Origin: Octopus vulgaris | Lineage: Eukaryota | DNA: 64,000 nucleotides | Assembly: GCA_951406725.2 (NCBI GenBank) | Contig: OX597827.1 | Span: 57,288,001-57,352,000 of the forward strand | Direction of reading: 5' to 3' | Shown: positions 56,366 through 64,000 of the stretch, one piece after another | Position numbering within the stretch: position 1 is the first letter of the stretch | Layout of the letters: each line of letters begins with the position of its first letter | Position numbers and translations under genes: made by a program | Notes under the pieces: model-generated | The model's input: the letters and a program-made list of their open reading frames with translations, nothing else | The model's database searches: none | What the model was told of the DNA's origin: nothing

Positions 56366-57516
56366 GGATATCGGGAGAAAAGGTAGTACCTATGACACTT
56401 TTCTGAGCCTCCGAGATTAGTGGGAGAGAGGATGCTATTCTCATAGTGGAGACATTGACCAGACGCTTGCAACTGAATGAACTTTAATGAAGGCACTCAG
56501 TGTGCCACGTAATAGCGTTAATCCAGGCGAAGGATTATGTCTAGTATCCGTAGATCATAGTATGATTAGAACTTAGAACTCAGATTCAGAATTAATACTG
56601 TAATGCGTCTCATCAAACATTCTTATACATCCATCAATCCACTACCCTGGGTAGGTACTTCTTTCCATCGATTTCGAAGGGTTGAAAGACAGATTTGACC
56701 TCGGTGAGGTTTGAACTTAGAGCACAGAGAATCAAAGCAAACACAACGAGACATTCACTTTGACACTCTAATGGCTACCGCTTCGCTGCTAATGTCTGCT
56801 GCATGTGTGTGACGAAATACATTTGTTGCTGATGTTGGGTGTCAATGTTTTTAATAGCGAATCAAATACAATACATTTAGTTTTAATGCACACGATATTA
56901 TATTAACTCACCATACATGTGCAACTGGGATAAATAAACCAAAAAAATAGATCTTAAGAAATCCCACAATGAAAGGCATTAGTCCATCATTGAAATGGAA
57001 ATTATTATTATTAACAGGCGGACGGTTAAAGATTCTATTGCCACTATCTGTTGTAGTATAAGAAAATATTTTATATCTGATCAAGAATAAATATATTTGA
57101 TAGTTCGGGTGGAATGTAAGCTTATACATAAGCAATATATTTTAACGTTTATTTCATAAGCACATTTCAATATCGGCAAATGATTTTTCTTCTTTCAACT
57201 GCATTTGAGTAAGTATGCAATATGGAAAGAAAATAACGTTATTCTTAAAAGTTCTGTTTTAATTTTATCCATACTTTTCTTTCTTTTTTTTTCTTGCTAT
57301 AAACACAGCATTTGTTTAACTATTTTTTGTTGTACAGATTAATAGGTACCATGCGTTAGTGGTTATTCACAATCTGTGGATTTCTCTGCGGCAAAATTAA
57401 GGACGACTAATATATTTATATGTGTATTTGTAATGTAAACCTGGAATTTTCTGAAGAAAATAATTCTGGTTCAACATAATAATAGTGTCTTAGTAAATTA
57501 GAATGTGTGTGCGTGC

Positions 57517-57577
<61 letters not shown>

Positions 57578-58192
57578 GAATACAAGAATGCAAACGATAA
57601 ATAGTGCATTAGTCATGGCTTTAGGCAAAGAAAATAAGTTGAAGAGATTGTGTCGTGATTTCTAGGATGTTCTCACTTGCTTCTATAGTTTAATGAAATG
57701 GCATCGACATGTTTGTATAATTTTCTATCTGTAGTGGTAATTAGAATAGCATGAAATAGCCTGACTTTAATGAATTTTTGTATAATTTGCTTTACATTTT
57801 TGTAATTTTTTACGTTGTTATTTATCGATTGTATGTTATTACCCGCTGCACGCATTTAAGGGGGCAGTTAACCATATCACTTAAATCTAATGGTTAACTA
57901 ATGATGAATAGTGAGTACTAATTGTAGTGTTTCTAATTCTATGTGAAGGCTTGGAGCCTAATGTTAGGGGTTTTGGGATCATTTCCTGAACCGAGTAGGA
58001 TATCTTGTTCTTGAAGAAGGGGCTTTATATAACATAGATCCGGTCTACTCAGCTGAAAATCAGGACCAACTGACTGCTGGTGTAGCACCTTCTCTTTTCA
58101 GCTGTCACATCCTGGATGTGCCGCTGAGACAAAAGGGGCGGGGGACTCAAGAGAGTGTCTTTATCTGTTAATCAATATCCAAGCACTTGAAA

Positions 58193-58390
58193 CAGTGCCC
58201 CGCAACCTTTTGTTTTTTTTTTTACTTGCGGCACATTTATATTCTTTTCAAAATTCGGCGGCACATTTGAACTAAAACTATAACTAAAAGTATAGAAAAG
58301 AAAAAATTATATTCGCGTGCGCGTTACATTGCAGCACAACTTGCATCGTCTCGTGGCACACAAGTGTGCCGCAGCATACCGGCAGCACTA
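58193..58390. mobile_element. Degenerate hAT-like MITE
   Basis: cagtgc...gcact ends and repeated gcggcaca subterminal motifs; no clean TSD. Confidence 0.45.
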
Positions 58391-58720
58391 ACCCCAAGTT
58401 TGGTACATGCTACCAAGTCATATTCATTCGTGGGTGATGGATAGATGAGAGCAACTCTGTTGGATATATAACAGTCTCTTTTTTTATATTTCAGATATAA
58501 GGTTTGCTCGATGGTATACTCGATATATATGCTTTGCTTGTCCATCGCCCCTGGATGGGATCTGGAGTGAGTTGTCGCGCTTGTCTATGACTTTTAAGTG
58601 TTTTAATACCCGGTGGTTTGAGAGAGTCATCTCCACTGCGTTAAATCGCAGCCTACCGGCGAAAAAAGTTACTTGTTTATTGAGTATGTGGGTCCGATAA
58701 TGTTTACAACACTAGCGCTG

Positions 58721-58804
<84 letters not shown>

Positions 58805-58950
58805 GATTTATCGACGTCCTAAACATAAAATAAACTTTCGAGACTTCGTAAAATGGTTCTTTTTTAGGACATTGAACCTCGAAGTACATGATATCAAATA
58901 GCTTGAAGTGACGCGCTTCGAAATCCAATGTTCCCCAAAATAATACATAT

Positions 58951-58981
<31 letters not shown>

Positions 58982-59568
58982 CATGTGTGTATGTATGTAT
59001 ATATGCATGTATGTATAAATGTGTGTATGTATGTATGTATATATGTATCTAAGAATGTACGTATTTTTTATGTAGATATGTATGTATATGTGTGTGTGTC
59101 TGTGTGCGTACATTCACACACACACACACAAATACATAGCACAGAAATATTTCCACTCGAATGAAATTATAAACGAAATGATATACGTTATATAAGAGTA
59201 TGAACACTTAAAATTGTGCAACCTTGATAAAGTAAAGCGTACATTTATGGCCAACAAATACTGTTTTATTACACAAAACAGTACAGACCATAAAACCCGG
59301 CCAGAATGATGAGGAAGAAGTTTCTATCGGCTACCGAATGAAGCCTTCTTACTGTTTTCTGTCCGCTTCATTTATTTTTATTCTTATTTTTACTTTTATT
59401 TTTATTTATTTATTTTTTTTTTTTACTGAGACTATTGTTTCCATTAATACAACCATATGGCATCATTACAATTCCTTAGGCAGAAGCAAAGAGTTCTTTA
59501 TTTCTATAAGCAAACGGTCGGTTAAAGATCTCATACAGGTGACTTCACTTCAGATTTTGAGTTCAATG

Positions 59569-59659
<91 letters not shown>

Positions 59660-59754
59660 GTATCATCGTTCTTTCAACTTTCTCTTCTTAATCTCAGATT
59701 ATATCATCACAACCATTTAGTCGCATTTTATTCCCATGGAATTATCGCCTTGTC

Positions 59755-59760
59755 GCCGTT

Positions 59761-59816
<56 letters not shown>

Positions 59817-59914
59817 GGTGGTGGTCATTATCGTCGTCTTGTTGACGTTGCTCCTGTTCAAATGTGAGTCGGTGGCTGGCTTTTTTTCTTTCTCTTTTTT
59901 TTCTTTTGCTGCTG

Positions 59915-59986
<72 letters not shown>

Positions 59987-60197
59987 TTGTCGCCCCTGCT
60001 GCTACAACCACAGCACCACCACCACCACCACTACCACTACTACCACTACTACTACCACGATTTGCGCTACTAATATTACTACGACAGCGATCACCACCGA
60101 CACAAACACAACGACGACCACCACCGCCGCCGCCGCCGCTGCCACTACCACCATCACCACCATCATCAACATCACCACCACCACTACTATTACGATG

Positions 60198-60245
<48 letters not shown>

Positions 60246-60246
60246 G
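59755..60246. repeat. Compound trinucleotide microsatellite (GTA/GTG/CTA/CTG/CCA)
   Basis: Direct inspection. Confidence 0.92.
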
Positions 60247-61001
60247 CGACTAAATCTCGTCCATTATCTTCCAGCTGATTGGTGTTCCGTTGCGAAAATT
60301 CATAGTGATTCTTTAACGGCCATTAAAGTCGTTTGTCCATCTCTTCAGTTTTTTTTTTCATATTTCCTTTCATCAGTTGATGATAAAAACACAAAAATAA
60401 ATATATAAATAAGTAAATTTGTGATGAAGACGTGGTGCTGGTGATGGCGATGGTGGTGGCGATTAACAGAAACATCTGTTATATTATTTCTTATTTTTAC
60501 AAAGAAGCGATATACTGATGCGCCTCAACTGTTATAAGCAATATAGGAAATTGTCATTGAATGATCACTTTTCTTTATCTTTTATTTCTCACCTTATCAA
60601 TGTCCACACATCCATTCATCCATCTGTGTGTATGTGCATGTGTGTGTGTGTATGTTTATACATGTATATATATATTTCGTACTCATTTTGCCCCGCTGCT
60701 TGGAATTTTATTTTAATTCTCTCGCAGGAAGGCCTAGTGGATTAGTGTTCTGTCTTTGCCTTCGAAACATGCTTGAGTCTACTAGCGACAGCTGATGACG
60801 GGTTTTTTTCCTTGTGTAGCACGTCCTGTAACTGTTTTTTTTTTTTGTTTTCTTGTTTTTTGTTTTTTTGTTTTTCCCGTTTCTACGTCTTATTGTCGTG
60901 TCCTGTACTCACGTATAATTATTTATATATACATGTATATATACATGTAGATGTAGGTACGTACATATATGTTTGTATGTATGCATATATTTTTATTTAT
61001 C

Positions 61002-61051
<50 letters not shown>

Positions 61052-61185
61052 GGGTCACAAGAAATAATTAAGATTCAGTTGAATTAGGTACTTAAGTTGA
61101 GGCACCAAGTCAGTCCAGTATTATCCACAAATCTCGAAGTAAGGTGAATAAAAGCAAATAAGTAACAAGGATGTCAAGACAGTAG

Positions 61186-61272
61186 TGCATTACAGATGTT
61201 TCAGGTGACTCCATTTAATCGAACAATGCATGCATTACATCATAGTGAAACACACCGCCATCTTCAGATGCA
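61186..61272 (-). ncRNA. Type I hammerhead ribozyme motif with intact core
   Basis: tgcat CTGAAGA [58 nt] GAAAC atct GTA atgca; perfect 5-bp stem I. Confidence 0.72.
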
Positions 61273-62099
61273 TAGTATGGATTTTCAACATACAGGATAC
61301 TCCATTATAATTTTTAGCAAATATTTCATCAGAACTGGAGAATGAAAGAATTACATGCTGGTAATATTGTAGCAGAATGAACTTAGAGAGATAGTGGGGT
61401 GGTGTCATGAGATAGTAATATAGCTACAATTTTTATCTGTCTCCTTACCACCATCAAAAAATCTAATGTCAACTCCCAGTCGTTTTAATTCTTAGTATGA
61501 TAGCTACATTAGACCTTTTGATTGTGATATGAGATAGATAGGTGTTCATTCCTGTAATTTAACGCTTCGACGCACAAAGATCGATAAGAAAAATATCAAG
61601 CTTCAAAATAAGTGCTCTACTCGATATGATCGACTGCGAACCTTTAAAGTTAGTACCCCAGCATGGCCAGAGTTCAATGATCGAAACAAAGAAAATCTAA
61701 TTAATAGATGTAAGAAAATATCGCAAAACATGAACATCTGCTTTATACAATTTCTTCTATCGTGCCCTTCCTTACTAATTGATTTTCAATTCATACCACC
61801 GGAAAGGTTTCCACACGGGATGAGCTTCAATAATTGATGCTTTCCTCCTGTTTCAAAAGCTCCGCGTGAATATATTCATTTATTGATATCCTTTTGTACA
61901 CATAAAGAGCGATAGGAGGTTGTTGAGACAATGAAATGCGGGACTAAATACATCACAGAGCGTAGTTTTGTGAAAACTAGTTTTTTGCAGTTAAAATATC
62001 ACCAGGTGTTTTTTTTTATTGGTCCCTTTTTTCTTTCTTTTTTTTTGTTTTGCATTTTTCAGAGAACGATAAGGTAAATAATACCAGTAATATGATTTG

Positions 62100-62439
62100 T
62101 GAAGGCGCATGGCTCAGTGGTTAGAGCGTCGAGCTTACGATCGTGAGGTTGTGAGCTCGAATCCCGGACCGGGTTGCGTGTTGTGTTCTTGAGCAAGGTA
62201 CTTTATTTCATGTTGCTCCTGTTCACTCAGCTGTAGAAATGAGTTGCGACGTCACTGGTGCCAAGCTATATCGACCTTTGTCTTTCCCTTGGATAACACT
62301 GGTGGCGTGAAGAGAGGAGGCTGGTATGCATGGGCGACTGCTGGTCTTCCATAAACAACCTCGCCCGGACTTGTGTCTAGGAGGGTAACTTTCTAAGTAC
62401 AATCCCATGGTCTGTGTCGTGACCGAAGGGGGTCTCTGA
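62100..62439 (+). mobile_element. tRNA-derived SINE family E, full-length
   Basis: A box tggctcagtgg, B-box-like gctcgaatccc, 12-bp TSD taatatgatttg. Confidence 0.9.
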
Positions 62440-62639
62440 TAATATGATTTGGTTATCATACTCTTGAGTCAAACATACAACCAGAATCCACCCCGTGGCA
62501 ATGTTTCGATGAGTTTTTTTTCCCTCACATCTCTTCATGTAAACTTGCTAATACTTCATATTTCTGCATGTCTTTGCTTATCTCCCTTATTTTACTTCTT
62601 TTAATCATTAGACCGCGGCCATGCTAGAGCACTTCTCTG

Positions 62640-63105
62640 AAAGCTTTAGTGGACGGCTAGGCCTGCTTTGCTTCGTGTCACAAAACCACAACGATAGGTA
62701 AGGTTTCCATTTCGAGGAGCAGTGTTTTGCCTGCGTGCCTTCATGCTTACACGAAGTTGGTCCCGGTGGTGGAGTCGATTTTGCTCAAATTTTTGAATCG
62801 AGAAGCAGGACTAGCGATAGGTCCTGCGTTCTGATGCATTGTTTTCCCAAGAAGAGAAGGAATGTTGCATCGTTTCAGATTGACTTTTAGTTTGTCTTTG
62901 AAGCGCAAGAGTGGCCTTCCAACTGATCTTCCTGTTGGGAATTGGCCAAAGAGAAGTTTCTTCGTAATTCTGATATCACGCGACAGATGACCTGATCATC
63001 TAAACTGCATTTTGATGAGGATGGCTTCAATGCCTGATATGTTGCCGCTCTGATAATGGACAGAGTCAACGACTACTGAAGAGACTGCAAAAAGCAACGA
63101 AAAGT
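62640..63105 (-). pseudogene. RTE-clade LINE ORF2 C-terminal fragment
   Basis: GIEAILIKMQFR*SGHLSRDIRITKKLLFGQFPTGRSVGRPLLRFKDKLK matches the RTE RW.GH..R....K..L.G....R..GRP..R.KD motif. Confidence 0.85.
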
Positions 63106-63172
63106 TTAGAACTGAACCCGGAACCATGTGTTTGGGAAACAAGCTTCTTACTACACAGCCACTTCTGCGACA

Positions 63173-63237
<65 letters not shown>

Positions 63238-63587
63238 TGTTGTTTGGGCATGTAGATGTGAAGGCACGTAGTTTTGAGTTAAAGGCGTTGCACTCTTGAT
63301 CGTAAAATTGTGCTTGCAGTTCCTGGACCGGGCAATTCGTTTTGGCCTTCATTTCACATTGCTCCAGCCCAGTCGGCTGAAAAACACATGAGTACTTCTA
63401 CTACCGACCGGCATCCCATCCAGCAAGGGATTTTATACACCACAGAATCCGGGAAACCGACCATATGAACCTATATCTCAGAAAGGACCTTTGATATTTC
63501 TTTGATATCTTGGTACATATATTTATCTTTTAGATACATAAATATATTCATATGTTCATCTTTAACGTACATATATTCTTCTGTATA

Positions 63588-63726
63588 GGCACAGGCGTGG
63601 CTGTGTGGTAAGAAGCTTGCTTCCCAAATACCATGGTTTCGGGTTCAGTCCCACTGCGTGACACCTGGAGCAGCTGTCTGCTAGTATAGCCTTGTGAGTG
63701 GAACTGAAGAAAGCCCGTCATGCATA

Positions 63727-63785
<59 letters not shown>

Positions 63786-64000
63786 ATGTGTGTGTGCGTG
63801 TGTGTCTGTGTGTGTGTAAGTGTGTGTGTGTGTGTGCATGTGTGTGTGTGTGTGTGTGTGTCTTTGTATCTATGCTTGTCCACCCACCACCGTTTGACAA
63901 ACGGTGTTGATGTGTTTACGTCCCCAATCTAGCAGTTCGGCAAAACAGAACGATGGAATAAATACCAGGCTTTTAAAAAATAAGTACAGAGATGGATTCA
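63588..64000 (+). mobile_element. SINE family A, running off the window end
   Basis: Head aggcacaggcgtggctgtgtgg, (TG)n and tail. Confidence 0.85.

Noticed and set aside
59742-60198. Poly-T/A/P or poly-L ORFs resembling a mucin or membrane protein
   Set aside because: Composed of trinucleotide repeats open in several frames on both strands, with no splice support.
62104-62175. tRNA-like sequence (also 3464-3535)
   Set aside because: These are SINE heads: the acceptor stem is not intact and the sequence continues into a SINE body bounded by TSDs.

Overview
AT-rich, repeat-dense animal DNA. The SINE families and microsatellite load suggest a cephalopod, probably an octopus (inference). No complete gene, rRNA, genuine tRNA or CRISPR array is visible, and nearly all supplied ORFs are microsatellite or SINE read-through. 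The window contains at least four tRNA-headed SINE families (several with clear TSDs) and decayed LINE fragments (R4/Dong, RTE, CR1-like, CCHC-knuckle ORF1s). It also holds mariner remnants, hAT MITEs, non-autonomous Helitrons and many microsatellites. Three signals stand out. (1) About ten short elements carry minimal type I hammerhead-ribozyme motifs of the Penelope-terminus kind; several lie in inverted pairs, one pair shows a compensatory stem change, and a CCGA core variant recurs. (2) There are several long near-perfect fold-backs. (3) A plus-strand exon encodes a likely signal peptide (MKLLTVFGFVCGLIFVQG), so much of the window may be intronic. All structures and counts were read by eye, and repeat boundaries without TSDs are approximate.
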